The notes below the pieces were generated by a model. That model worked only from the letters and a program-made list of their open reading frames with translations, searched no databases and was not told where the DNA came from. From Mobula hypostoma (taxonomy: Eukaryota): a stretch of DNA of 64,000 nucleotides. The position numbers were made by a program, and so were the translations under genes. The stretch is from assembly GCF_963921235.1 (NCBI RefSeq), contig NC_086108.1, forward strand, positions 67,644,001-67,708,000, written 5' to 3'. This document shows positions 1 to 12,469 of this stretch, piece by piece (position 1 is the stretch's first letter; every line of letters begins with the position of its first letter).

Positions 1-440
1 CTCTCTACCTTACATCTATATAAATATGTCAAAGAGTATTTGATGACATACCAAATCTCCTCAAACTCCAAACAAAGTAGAGCTGCTGATGTGCCTGCTT
101 TGTGATTGAATCAATGTGTTGGGCACAAAATTGGGCCTCCAACGTTGATGTCCAGGAACTTAAAAGTTACTCATTCTTTCCAGCAATGACCACTCAAAAA
201 GGACTCCTGTATGTTCTCCCCACTCCTCCTTCTTAAAGTCCACAATCAATTCCTCGGTCTTGTTGACACTGAGTTTGAAGTTGTTGCAGTTGTGACAGTC
301 CTAAACCAGCTGATACATCCCTCCTGAACACCTACTTATCGCCACTTAAGACTTAACTAACATCAGCAAATTTATAGATGACATTTGACTTGTAATTAAC
401 CACACAGTCATGAATGTGGAGAGAGTAGAGCAGTGTTATA
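1..440 (-). mobile_element. Degenerate Rex/Babar-type LINE fragment
   Basis: Aligns by eye with the better copies at 9.1-10.1 kb and 18.0-18.7 kb (CCAAATCTCCTCAAACT, AAGTCCACAATCA, CAGCAAATTTATAGATG). Confidence 0.65.
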
Positions 441-1706
441 TTGTGCTATTTAGAGTATATCATGTGAAATAAAGCAGAGTAGAGTATTTTCTTAAATCAG
501 AGACCTATAATATAACAAACAAGTCCTTACATATCTCCCCTCTGTCCCCCGCCCACTTTCAGCCGTCCCTCAGGGGTCAAGGATGACTTACTTCCAGTTC
601 AGCTGGGTGGGTTTGTGATAGTTCACAAGAGCAGTATTGAAGTTGCATAATGAACGCTACGTGGAGCTGGTGGTCCATGACGGTGTTGGTAAAAAGGGTA
701 ATTTGGGAACTGGTGCTCTTTCCACCAGTTATGCCAGGCTTCTGCATGCTCCAGCTGAAGGAATTCAGGATTATAAGTGCCATTCTGAATGTTTCTACTT
801 CATTTTGAATTGTTGTCCGCTAAGGAATCCCAGTGGTCAGTGAAATTGCCATACTTTTTCTAAGGAGACACAGCAAATTATTTTTGTTGTCCACAAAATG
901 GTTGTCAAATAGTTGCTGGATCTTCTGCAGCCTTTCCAATACAATCTGTTCTTTACACAGTCAGCTGGACCTTAGCCCTCAGACATCAGTAGATTTCGTA
1001 ATACAAGATCATTTTATCTTTAGATAATTAGCACCCAGACAATCCTGATCATTCTTATCAAATCAACCCAAATGTATTCAGGTAGAGAAGCCAAGGGTCT
1101 TTACATAGGTGGCAATTGTCTTGGAACTCAGATCAGTCCAGACTTATGTGAATACTTGAAAACTCCTGATAACAGATGCTTTCATTGTGGTTCCTTTAAC
1201 TTTGCTTAAGAAAAGGTGGTGCAAGTACGGACAGTGTATAGAGGGAAATTGTCAAAAGTTCCAATATTTGTAGACCATATTCCAAGAAGTCACGAGAGAC
1301 CCCATGCTCCTATCTCAATTTCTCCTTTCATCTATTATAAAATCATAATAACCTTCTTATTCTTGTTCCCAACATCATCTAGGCCTGTTTATTCCCCAAC
1401 TTACAGAGACAGAGTCCTAGAATTATGCTGGATGGGAACAGGTCCTTGGGCCCAACTTGTCCTCAAGTTGCCTCTGTTTGCCCATGACCTTTGAAACCTT
1501 TCCTATCCACGTATCCGTGAAAATGTCTTTTAGAAGATGTAAATACTTCCAACTCCATCACTTCTAAATGCGGAGATTGCATGCAATACTTCTAAAATTA
1601 CAAATTTATATTGACATACTACCCATACTTATGTTCACATGAACAGAATATTACTAGTCTTAAAATAAGTATAAATGTGAAAAGAAAAAAAAATGTAGAA
1701 AACTAC

Positions 1707-1882
1707 CTCTCTCGAAGAGATAATCGCTTTAAGATAGGGCTTTGTTTCTGGAAATATGATGATGCTGAACAGTTCATTACCATCGCAGGAGAGAATTGTC
1801 TGCCAGCTGGTCCTGACATAATATGTGCATCAGTGCCTTCAGAAAAAACATCTAGATCTTTCTCACGAGGCTTCTTGATGGC
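1707..1882 (-). CDS. spata6: SPATA6-family exon 10 (AIKKPREKDLDVFSEG...QKQSPILKRLSLRE); gene continues left of the window
   Basis: 176 nt, TTTCTAG acceptor, GTAGTT donor, phase 0/2. SPILKRLSLRER parallels SPATA6 SPVLNRASLRER. No further exon recognised in 1-1706. Confidence 0.85.
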
Positions 1883-2149
1883 CTAGAAAGTAATAAAAAA
1901 AGGCTGTAATTATTATCACTAGAAATACACAGAGAGAGCTTTGACCTTGGCAAATCATAAGTCTTTAGAAATACCACTGTATCTTGATTTAACAGAAGCT
2001 CCAAATAAAACATCCTCTATGCTTTTTAAATGGCAAAACACAATAAAAATTATGTATTACAAATTCAAACATTTTGCATTCACTTATGAAAATGTTGGTG
2101 TCACAGTTTCATGCATATACCAAATTACCTATTCATGAACAAATTACAA

Positions 2150-2460
2150 CTCAACACAAAAATCCTAGAGGAACGCAGTATTTTAGGCAACACTACGGAG
2201 GAAAGTGACCAGTCGATGTTTTGGGCTGAGACCTTCATCAGGACTGGAAGGAAAGGGAAGAAGCCAGAATAAAAGGGTGGGAGGAAAGGAAGGAGCATGA
2301 GCTTGTGGGTGATAGGTGAATCCAGGTTAACACAGAAGGTAGGAGGGTGGGGTAGGGGTGGGAGAAGTGGGAATGAAGTGAGAATCTAGAAGGTGATGGG
2401 TTCTATCAGATTCTATTTTATACAGCCCTTTGCCTCTTCCACCCATCTGCAGCCATTCTT
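2150..2460 (-). mobile_element. Old Penelope-like terminal fragment with a decayed hammerhead motif (2211-2245)
   Basis: Resembles the PLE end at 26264-26500. Minus strand reads AGTC-CTGATGA-AGGTCTCAGCCC-AAAA-CATC-GACT. Confidence 0.6.
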
Positions 2461-3198
2461 GGGTATCAAAATTCTAATTTAAGTTTGGATTATCTAAATC
2501 AAAGGCCAATAAAAGAGGCAAGAAATAACAATAAATAAGGAAATATAGAACAAATCAAGCACATACAGTAAGAAAAATCGAGGAATTTTGGAATTCTTTT
2601 AAACAATCATGGTGATTTAAAAAAATACTAGCAGGTATACAATTTCCACATAGTACAAAAGTTGATTTTATGTGATTGGGAAACGTGGGACTGGAATTTG
2701 AAGCTTAGCATTAGTGAATTCTCTGTAACACAAAATATTACGGCTTTGAAAATGCACCTGCACCTGGAGCTCCTAGAACTTATGAATATTGTCATAAGTT
2801 GCAGAATAATCAGTCACAGATATAACATGAACATTCTATACTTATGAGCCAATTCTGCTGAAAGCTTACATTTCTATTAAAGAGATTGTGTACTTAGCAA
2901 ATTTTGCATAGGTAAAAACAAAATTAATTCAAGACCAATATAAATGTAATTAAACTGAAATAAATGTAATTTGGTACCTCCTGTAGACATAAAAATAATA
3001 TTTCTGTATTTAAGTATCTAATGCAACTAACATTCCTATAAATAGTTGAAAAGAAACTTTAAAAAAAAGTTTGTTTTGAGTTCAGTTTTCCAAGGCCTTC
3101 GATGTAAAAACTAACGCACAAGAACAGATGTGTCACAAACTATGTCAATCATTATCAATTAAATGCACACTTTTTGGAAGAAATTAAAATAAAAATAC

Positions 3199-3245
3199 AT
3201 TTTCTGAAGTCTTGCTGGGTCTGTAACTTCCACGTAGTGATGGAT
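3199..3245 (-). CDS. spata6: SPATA6-family exon 9 (DPSLRGSYRPSKTSEN)
   Basis: 47 nt, TTTTTACAG acceptor, GTATTT donor, phase 1/0. Resembles the short D.S.LG..RP exon of SPATA6. Confidence 0.75.
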
Positions 3246-4559
3246 CTGTAAAAAGATGATATAATGACTGATCATTCTCACAAAAAATGAGTAACATTTT
3301 TTCATTCCATTATGTGTTAATTAAATAATGCCTGGCAAAATAAACACAAATGTTTCCCTGACCATAACAGCAAATAAAAGCTGGTTTCAAGTTGGTGGCA
3401 GTCTGAAAACTCAATGTCCAACCCATCTAAATGATTTGATAACCCGTTTTCAATATCACCTCACCACTACATACTTGCCACACTTAACCCAACCGAGAGA
3501 GGAAAGGAGAACCGTATCTTTCAAGGAGTCACATATATAGTTCAGAAAGAAAACGAAGGCTATCCAGAGAAGAACTAAAGTGTATCCACCAACCAGAGAG
3601 CCTTCTCAGAGGCAATGGAGTTGATAGCATTACTCCAAAGTAACATTAATCAAAGAATGCATAAAGTTGATGACAGATCCCTCCTGCAGGAAATCTGAAA
3701 CAATTAGATACCCTGGCAGGGCAGAGAGAGGCTCATCTACTTCCAAAGGTACCAGCTTTCTTTGGGTGCAGGGGTCTATTCTAAAGACACAGTCTCAAAT
3801 TTCTGTCACATTTATCAATATTGGTTGAGAAAACAACCACTGTCTTCACTGCCCAGTTCAAGAATCTGTATGGAAAATGATAAGGTACTCATGATGAGAA
3901 AGTGCAGAAAGCATACATTAACTTTTACAATTATTTTCATAGAGCATTTGAGTTTTTAATTTAAGTAATTACATTGATTTCAGAAGCTACAGCTCAAATG
4001 CCTCCTACTTCTATATCTTAACCTGCTCACCTATGTGTAGTACTGTGTGGATGATATGTAAACTATTAAAACCTATTATTAACCTAGCACTGACCTCAAC
4101 GTACCACATTGGAGGTAAAATTCTAGAAAATTTGGATTGTATGAATGAGGAGCTTAAAAGTCCAAATAACAATATTGTCTCCAAACAATTTCAGAACAAA
4201 AATAAAGATTATTAATATAAATAAATAATTTTTAAAAATTATACATGCTAATATCTTATAGGAAGAGTACATTTTATCTGTTGGTATTAAATTTAAATGT
4301 CAATTGTTATTTAGAAATATGAGGATTGATTTGAATATTATAGGCTATCGGCAAGATGTTTCCAATGAGCCACTGCAACGTTTTACAGGTTGCTTACAAA
4401 ACTTCTAAATATATCTCATTTGGATTACTCTCACTGCAATCTGCAGCCTGTAATTTCCCTATAAGTGTACTATTGAACCATCTTAATGAACTAGCAATTT
4501 CACAATCTTCTGAAGGCCTTCCATTCCATGTCCAGGCAGCACTTTGGGAAGTCTAATTA

Positions 4560-5765
4560 TTTGAGTGTCCTTCTCCTACCTGCATACAGACAGAGAATAA
4601 AGAACAAGGCTCCAGAGATGAGGACAGCAAATAATTGGTCATGGGAAGCAGAGGGACGGCTATGGGATTGCTTCCAATCGGTGGACTGAGCCTGGTTCAA
4701 GGACTCACCAGAGGATCTAAATGAATACACAGACTTTATTAAAACAGACGTACATGTGTGTGTCCCCAGAAAATCAGAGTTCTTCCCAATCAGAAGCCTT
4801 AGATGAACCACGACAGCCACAATCTGCAGAGGGCCAGATCAGTGGCATTAAGGTCTGGTGACCAAGTAACATACAAGAGGTCCCTGTGTGATTTCTGGAA
4901 AACAATCACACGGGCAAAGTGGCAATTCTGAACAAAGTTATATCACTGAAGGATGCTCGACAGCTGTGGCAGAGCTTGAACACTATTACTTCTTACAAAG
5001 TGAAACCAAGCCACATAGGTGACAAAAAGGCTTCACTCCCAGATGAGGTCAATGCCTTCAATGATTACTTTGAACATCAAAACATGGAGGAACCGTCACA
5101 AACTCCCACAGCTCCGAATGACCCTGTGATTTCAGTTCTGAGGCCGACTGTGAGCATCCTTTAGGAGGGTGGACCCATGGAAAGCATCCAGCCCAGATGG
5201 GGTACCTGGCCAGAGTACCAGAGACCCGTGCTCATCAACTGGCTGGTGAATTCACCGATATTTTTAACTACTTGCTTCGGCAGTCTGAGGTACCCACAGC
5301 TTCAAGCAGACTTCAATTATACCATTGCCTAAGAAGAACGTGGTACCTGCCTCAGTGACTATCCGCCAGTAGCACTTCCATCCACTGTGATGAAGTGCTT
5401 TAAGAGCTTGGCATTGAAACATATCAACTTCTGCCTGAGAAGCAAATTGGATCCACTCCATTTTGCTTACAGTCGCAACAGTTGCCATTTCATTGGCTCT
5501 TCACTGAACTCTGGAACATCTGGACAGTAAAGAACATCAAGATGCCCTTTATCAGTTACATCTTGGCATTCAATACCATCATCCTGTCAAAACTAATCAA
5601 TAAGCTTCATGACCTTGGCCTCAATACCCCTTTGTGCTACTGGGTCTTCAATTTCCTCACTTGTAGATTCCAGTTAGTTCGGATTTGCAACAACATCTCC
5701 TCCACAATCTCCGTCAGCACAGGTGCACCACAGACTGTGTGCTTTGCCCCTGCTCTACTTGATTT
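4560..5765 (+). mobile_element. Rex/Babar-type LINE fragment (pre-RT and RT region), frameshifted
   Basis: Peptide pieces include DARQLWQSLNTITSYK, SLPDEVNAF, AFNTIILSKLINKLHDLGLNTPLCYWVFNFLT and STGAPQ, typical of Rex1/Babar RT. Confidence 0.75.
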
Positions 5766-7430
5766 GTACTGCTGGATCTCTGTTTATTTTCTGATCCTTA
5801 GGGTTTTTCCAGGAGTCAGGAATGATGAGCAGTCTTAATTCTACAATTTCCATTTATTTTAGAGTATAAACAAACATAGAAGTACTAAGCAAACCAAATA
5901 AATAGCTGAGAAATGATGCAAAAGGGTGCATGGATGCAAAGACAAAGGAATAAAGTTAGCTAAGATGGTGCCTCTGAAAACTCTATCACTTTTATAATAA
6001 GATAAGGAAATTTCCTGAGATAGGAATGAATTAGTTAATAGGCTACATAATTAAAACAATTACATCATGTGGGTAATATGCTAATATACTTTGATAAGTA
6101 AGTGGAATACCATCTGAGTCACCTTTGCTGTGCTACCCATCCCCTGCAAATAATAACACAAAAGGTGGATGTACATAGTGATTATATTTTTCTGCAGTTA
6201 GAAGGCAAGGGGGTTCTGAAAATATGTGAAAACCCTCATTCTAACAGAAGAATGTCTGGAAGTGTTGAGCTGAAAAGGTAAAAATAAAATATTTTTTAAA
6301 AGTTGCTAATAAAACTCCAGAATTTTCTCATCAGATGCACCTTTCTATTGCTAGCATCAGCTAATCTTGGGAAATACAGCAATTTATGGATCTTGGTTTA
6401 TATCAAATTTCATAAAAAAATTAGAACCATAAAACTAACTACTACTGCATCATTGGCTCTTATTTTTCCATGAGCAAATTAATTTGGTAAGTACTGAGTG
6501 TTGTTTCACAGGAAGTCTGCTAACAGAGGGATCTCTGGAGATTGCTTTCAGCCTAAAAGAAACATTTTCAAAGCTATTTTTACAAAAAAAAACAGCGAAC
6601 TAATTTACTTTCTAACATTGGCCAAATTGCTTGTAGGTAATAAATAGAATTGGCGAGAAAATAAGGTTCATAATGAACTTTTGGATTTATTAGGCATTTT
6701 TCTAGTTAAAGGGTGAAGAGCCACATGCACGCACATTAAAACTATCTGCCCAGGGCAGGGTTGCTCCTGCTGACACAGCAGAGAGCAAGGTTGACAATAT
6801 CAGCTTAATTCTAGAAATAAGCAGGATAAGGTAATTTACACAGGTCACTGACTGCCCAAGGGCACTCCAACTCAGTTTCAGCAGAACCTGTATATCTGTA
6901 TTGCAAGTTTGTTAATCATTCTTAATAATATGCTTGCATCATCTCTTTGGAGAATGTGCAATGCAGCACTACTCTTAGACTAACTGAATCAAAATTAATT
7001 ATAATGCATATTGTAATATCCATTAGAAATGATCTATAATGTCGTGCTTTAAAAATCTGATATTCATTATTCTTCATTCTGAACTATTAGTGTATCTTTG
7101 CCAAAGTCGCCATTGTTATCATCTATTAAACGATGTTTTCAGATCCTAGCTTCTTGGAATTGTTATAACAATTTGAGTTGTCACGCTGTAGTCTAATTTA
7201 TATGGCTGGATTAACATGACAGCTAGATACAATGAGGACAAAATCTTAGCCAATCCAAACAGTTGACATCTTAACAAGTCTCCTGACTAATTGAAATTAT
7301 AATATTTTAGGTTGTGATCAACACAGAAAAGTAGGTATAACAAAATGCAATAACTAAATAGTAAAGTTAAGTACTTTGAACTTAATCACTAATGTTTAAG
7401 AACACAAAATAGAGAAGGTATTGGTCCTAC

Positions 7431-7536
7431 CATCACAAAATGATGAACTCAGAGGCCAACTCTTCTGATAATTCGGTTTAGGATAAAGGGATGTGTTAAT
7501 GCACAGATCATCAGTGGGCAACAACTTATGATCAAT
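7431..7536 (-). CDS. spata6: SPATA6-family exon 8 (IDHKLLPTDDLCINTSLYPKPNYQKSWPLSSSFCD)
   Basis: 106-nt open segment, TATCTTCAG acceptor, GTAGG donor. Phase 0/1 exactly bridges exons 7 and 9, but sequence conservation is weak. Confidence 0.7.
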
Positions 7537-8419
7537 CTGAAGATACAAATAAAGTTTAAATTAAGCATGCAAAAGTAACTTTCCACATTGATTTATGTTT
7601 TTTTTCCAATACAAACTCAGGTTTTCATATACAATCCCATACTTTAACCTAATATATAGAATAAAGTATTATCATCAATATATTGAACAGAAAAGCCAAT
7701 CCCTGTTTTGTGGAAAAATAGATAACATCTCTGTGTTAATTGACCAGTTAATTTACATTAATGATATTGCTTGAAGCTTAAATGTTAGCCAGAACAGCAT
7801 AAAATATTTTCTTCAAATAGCAGTCATATCTTTTAAATCAAACAAAAGAGGCACATTTTCTCTGGAAGATAGTTCTTCTTCAGTGCAGTACTCTCTTAAT
7901 AATTCACTGTGGTATCATCCTAGATTTTGTGTTCAAACATAGAAAGGTGATTAAATCTCTAGTTTAATGCAGGTCTGCCAGTTGTAATGACCCAAGAGGA
8001 AGACAATACATTAAGACAATGGTCTGGATTTTATGTTGGCATGAGAGCAAAATTACTCTGTAAAATTGATAGCAACTTTGGGATTGCCTTATTTGCATGA
8101 TTTGTTGCAAAAAATCTGAAGCTGCTTTCAATAATTCATTGCAACACTGCCAGTTCCAATCCAACAATTATATCAACACAGGCACCAACAAAGAGCAAAA
8201 ACTTAAAATAAACTTCCATCTAAAGAGAGACAAAGAGAGCTTTCCCATGTCAGAGGAGCATTTTAAGGGATATAGCTCAAAGAAACCAAGATAACAGATT
8301 TCAATTAGCTTGTTAATTAAAAATCTCTTCAGCAGCACGTTAATTTAGGAACAGTTTATTAGAATTATTTAAAATGATATGCAATGTCTATTAACTCTAC
8401 ATGAGTAATAATGTCCATG

Positions 8420-8725
8420 CTGTGAACTACGGAGGTCAATTGGCTCAGAGTTAGGAAGCAGAGTGGTAGTTGAAAGTTATTTCTCAGAATGGAGATCAGT
8501 GACTAGTGGTGTGGCATAGGGGTTGGTGTTATTTGTTATTTATATAAATTGTTTGGATGCAAATATCCAATACTTGCCTAGTAAATTTGAGATCACACCA
8601 TTTAGGAGTTGTTGTTGATAGTGAAGATTATCATAGATTACAGAGGAATCTTAATCAGTTAAGGAAGTGGGCCGAAGAATGGCAAGTGGATTAAATACAG
8701 TTAAGTATGAGAAAAGTCAAACCAG
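8420..8725 (+). mobile_element. Degenerate CR1 RT fragment
   Basis: AGGAAGCAGAGTGGTAGTTGAA...GTGACTAGTGGTGTG matches the CR1 copy at 53.9-54.2 kb. Confidence 0.55.
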
Positions 8726-8734
8726 CAGAATCAT

Positions 8735-10150
8735 ATTTAGATTTAATATCACTGGCATATGTCGTGAATTATGTTGCTTTGTGGCAGCAATATAACACAA
8801 TCTATAAATTACAATGATATATAATAAAAATAAATAAACTGCAAAAAAGAGCAAAGAAAAAGAAAGAAATAGTGAGGTAGTGTAACACACACAAAATGCT
8901 GGAGGGATTCAGCAGACCAGGCAGCCTCAAAGGAAAAAAGTAAACAGTCAATGTTTAGGGCCAAGATCCTTCAGCAGTCCTCATGAAGGGTCTCGGCCCA
9001 TAGCGTCGACTGTTTACTCTTCTCCACAGATGTTACCTGGTCTGCTGAATCCCTCCAGCATTTTTTGTGTATTGCTTTGGATTTCCTGCATCTGCAGATT
9101 TTCTCATGTTTGTGAGGTAGTGTACATGGGTTCATTGTTCATTCAGAAACTGATGATTGTGGGGAACAATTTGTTTCTAAAATGTTGTGTGTGTGTTTTC
9201 GGGCTCCTGTACCTCCTCCTTGATGGTAGCAATGAAAAGAAGGAATGTCATGGGTGATAGGGGTACTTAATGATGGACACTGCCTTTTTGAGGTATCGCT
9301 TTTTCAATATGCCCTCAATACCTGGGAGCTTAATGTCCATGATGGAGCTGGCTGAGTTTGCTACCCTCTGCACCCTTCCTTCCAATCGTGCACTGCGGTC
9401 CTTCCATATCAGACGGTGATGCAACCAGTTAGAATGCTCTACATGGTACATCTGTAGAAATTTATGACAGCCTTTGATAACGTACAGTCTCCCCAAACTC
9501 CTAATGAAATATAGCTGCTGTTGGGTGTTCTTTGTAATTTAATATGTTGGCCCTGGGATAGATTTTCAGAGGTATTTGCACCTAGGAACTTGAAGCTGCT
9601 CACTCTTTTCACTGTTGATACCTCGATGAGAACTGGTGTGTGTGTGTGTTCCCTCGACCGCCCCCTCCTGACATCCACAGTCAAGTCCTTGGACTTACTG
9701 ACGTTAAGTACAAGATTGTTGTTGTGACACCACTCAACCAGCTGATCTATCACACTCCTGTATGCTTCTTCATCACCATCTAAAATTTAGCCAATAGTTG
9801 TGACAACAGTAAATTTACAGATGGCATTTGAGCTGTGCCTAGCTACAGTTGTGGGTGTAGAGAGGATAGAGCAGTGGGCTAAGCACACATCCTTGAGGTG
9901 TGTGATTGTTAATTGTCAGCAAAGAGATGTTATTTCCAATCTGCACTGACTGTGGTCTCCTGATGTGAAAGGCAAGTATCTAGTTGCAGAGGGAGGTACA
10001 GACACTCAGGTTTTGGAACTTGTTCATTAGTGCTTAAGATATGATGGTGTTGAATGCTAAGCTGTAATAAATAAACAGCAGCCTGATGCCAGGTATTGAT
10101 ATTGTCCAGGTGATTCAATGCTGAATGAAGAGTTAGTGAGATTGCATCCA
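8735..10150 (-). mobile_element. Rex/Babar-type LINE 3' portion, interrupted by the fold-back element at 8885-9111
   Basis: ORF 9439..9753 has LVEWCHNNNLVLNVSKSKDLTVD and VSSFKFLG; SIIKYPYHP follows. The 3' tail is shared with the 17820-18000 copy. Confidence 0.8.
8885..9111 (+). mobile_element. ~227-bp PLE-derived fold-back element with 13-bp TSD
   Basis: TSD GTGAGGTAGTGTA at 8872-8884 and 9112-9124. Long internal inverted repeat centred on CCTTCAGCAGTCCT. Confidence 0.85.
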
Positions 10151-12075
10151 TTGTAACGAAGGACTTGTACAATGAATGAGAAGTGTCATGGAACAGAGAC
10201 CTTGGAATGCAGTGCATAGCCCATTGAAAATTGTATTACAGCAGATGATAAAAAGGCCTCCATTAGTTAGGCCACCAAACACAGGAGCTAGGACAATATG
10301 TTGCAGTTGTATTATTCATTAGTGAGGCCGCACTTGGAATACTGTGTACAGTTTTGGCTGCCCTTTTATAGGGAGGTCATGGTTAAACTGGAAGGATTAC
10401 AAAAACAAATTATGAGGATATTGCCAGGACTAGAAGGCCTGAGTTAGAGAGAGGTTTATTCCTCGGAATGTAGGAAAGTAAACCTATAGAAGTGATTAAA
10501 ACATAAAGAAGCGTAGATAAGGTTGATGCTAACAGTTGTTTCACAAGGTTGGCGAGTCTAAAACTAAGGTGCATAAGTTTAGAATGAGAGGGAAAAGATT
10601 TCAAAAGGACCTGAGAGGCAACTTTTTCGTACAAAGGGTAGCGAGTACATGGAACTGGTTGAGATAAATGGAGTGGTGGGGCTTGGAGTGATATGGGCCG
10701 AACACAGGAACTAGCTGGGTGGGCACCATGGGTGGCTTGGGTTCACTGGGCCAAAACACCTGTATTTGTGCTGTATTGCTCTAAGTTATTTAGAGAGATT
10801 GGACAGGCTGGTTTTGTTTTCCCTGGAACAAAGGATGACGAAGGGTGACCTGACAGAGATGGATATAATTAGAAAAGGCATGGATATGCAGATAGTCACG
10901 ATTATTTTTCTACAGCAAAGGTCTCAAAAACAAGCGAGTATAAATTTAAGCTGACAGGAAGAAGTTTTAAAGGGCATTTGAGGGTAAGATTTAAAAAAAA
11001 ACACTGAGAGTAATCTATATCTAGAACTCACTGCCAGAGGAGTCAGATGCAATCAGTACAATTAAAAGAGATTTAGACTGGCATTTATATAGGTAAGGCA
11101 CAGAAAGATATAAACTAAACATGGCCAAATAGGATTGGTGCAAATGGGCAAGGTTAACATGAATGTGATAGGCCAAAGGGCCTTTTGTGCTGTACAATTC
11201 TCTGATAGGGTTTTAACAAGTTATTTTAAATATTTCCAATTTTCCTAATGCTCAGTTCAATTGCCTATCATACGTATATTGCCGATAAAAACACATACAA
11301 ATGCTTGACAATGAATCAACACATGAACTATGTAAAAGCAAATTAGTATGAATGCTCCAAATGCTAGAAAAATGAAATCCAGAGGTTTTTTTTAAATGGT
11401 AAGAGACTGAAAAACATTGGTACTCAGAGGGAAGCTATAGCAAGCAAGAGGATAAATGACAACGTAACTTTTATGGAATGAGGATTTTAGTACAAGAGTA
11501 AGATATCCTGCTTCACTTACATAGGGTCATAGTGAAAACATATCTGAATTACTGAGTGCAGATCCTAGCCAGGCCATGCAGAGGCGATGCAGCAAAGGTT
11601 CACCAGATTGATTCCTGATATGGCAGGTTTGTTGTACAGGGAGAGATTAAGTAAACTGAGCCACCTGACCCAAAAGGGGTTACAAGTTCTTAAGGAGTTC
11701 AACAAGGTAGATGCTACGTTGCTATTTCTCCTGGCAGGTTTCCACAATCAGGAGGTAGGTCGCTGCATCAAATTGTTTAATTTTTAGTAATGAACGACAG
11801 AGTTCAGAAGAAATTTCTTCACCAGGTTCAATGAATCTTTTGAATTTGCAATACAAAATGACTATGGAACCCTAGTCACTCAGTTTATTCAAGATGGAAA
11901 TGAAAAGATTTTTGGTAATTAACAGATATAAGATTTGTGTGGAAAAGTTGTGTTAAAAAGGTAAATCCCAATAAAAAGATTTAAAAAAAAAAAAAAAAAA
12001 AAAAAAGGTAAATCCACTATGAACTTATTGAATGACAATGCGGGAACAGGGGGCTTCTCCTGCTACTTCTAATGT
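10150..12075 (+). mobile_element. Cluster of three degenerate CR1 3' fragments (~10150-10765, ~10780-11205, ~11385-12075)
   Basis: GTGAGGCCGCACTTGGAATACTGTGTACAG (VRPHLEYCVQ), YLERLDRLVLFSLEQR and QQRFTRLIPDMAGLLYRERL are CR1 ORF2 C-terminal motifs. Confidence 0.75.
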
Positions 12076-12184
12076 AGAACAGAAAATTCTGAGTACTCAA
12101 CATGTTAGGAAGCATATGTGGAAATAAAAAGGAATGTTAATGTTTCAAGTCAATGCAATGTTTTGATTATCGTTGATCACATAC

Positions 12185-12469
12185 ATGTCTTATTACAAAT
12201 GGAGGCTTGCTATTGGTTGTCTTTTTAAATTCATAAGGTCCTAGATTTAGGTGCGCAAGTCTCTGATTTGCTTCCTCTGAGAGAGCTGCCATTCGTCTTT
12301 TGGTATATGGTGATGGAGACCGTGTCTGGGATGCGATTGTAGGTTCCTCATAGTGGTTATGTTTGCTGAACTTTCTTTGGCATTCTGCAAGGCAAGTTTT
12401 CCTCTTAGATGATTTTGTCAAAGATTGTCTGACTGGAGAGGTCTGTGTTTTCAACTTCATATTGCTCTC
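12185..12469 (-). CDS. spata6: SPATA6-family exon 7 (ESNMKLK...YEEPTIASQTRSPSPYTKRRMAALSEEANQRLAHLNLGPYEFKKTTNSKPPFVIRH)
   Basis: 285 nt, TTTTTTAG acceptor, GTATGT donor. SPSPYTKRRM and RLAHLNLGPYEFKK..KPPFVIRH are SPATA6 hallmarks. Confidence 0.93.

Noticed and set aside
1611..1886. Plus-strand 91-aa ORF
   Set aside because: Antisense to SPATA6 exon 10, with no independent support.
3640..3745. Alternative candidate for exon 8 (VDEPLSALPG...)
   Set aside because: No AG acceptor directly before the in-frame start; 7431-7536 has proper sites and phases.
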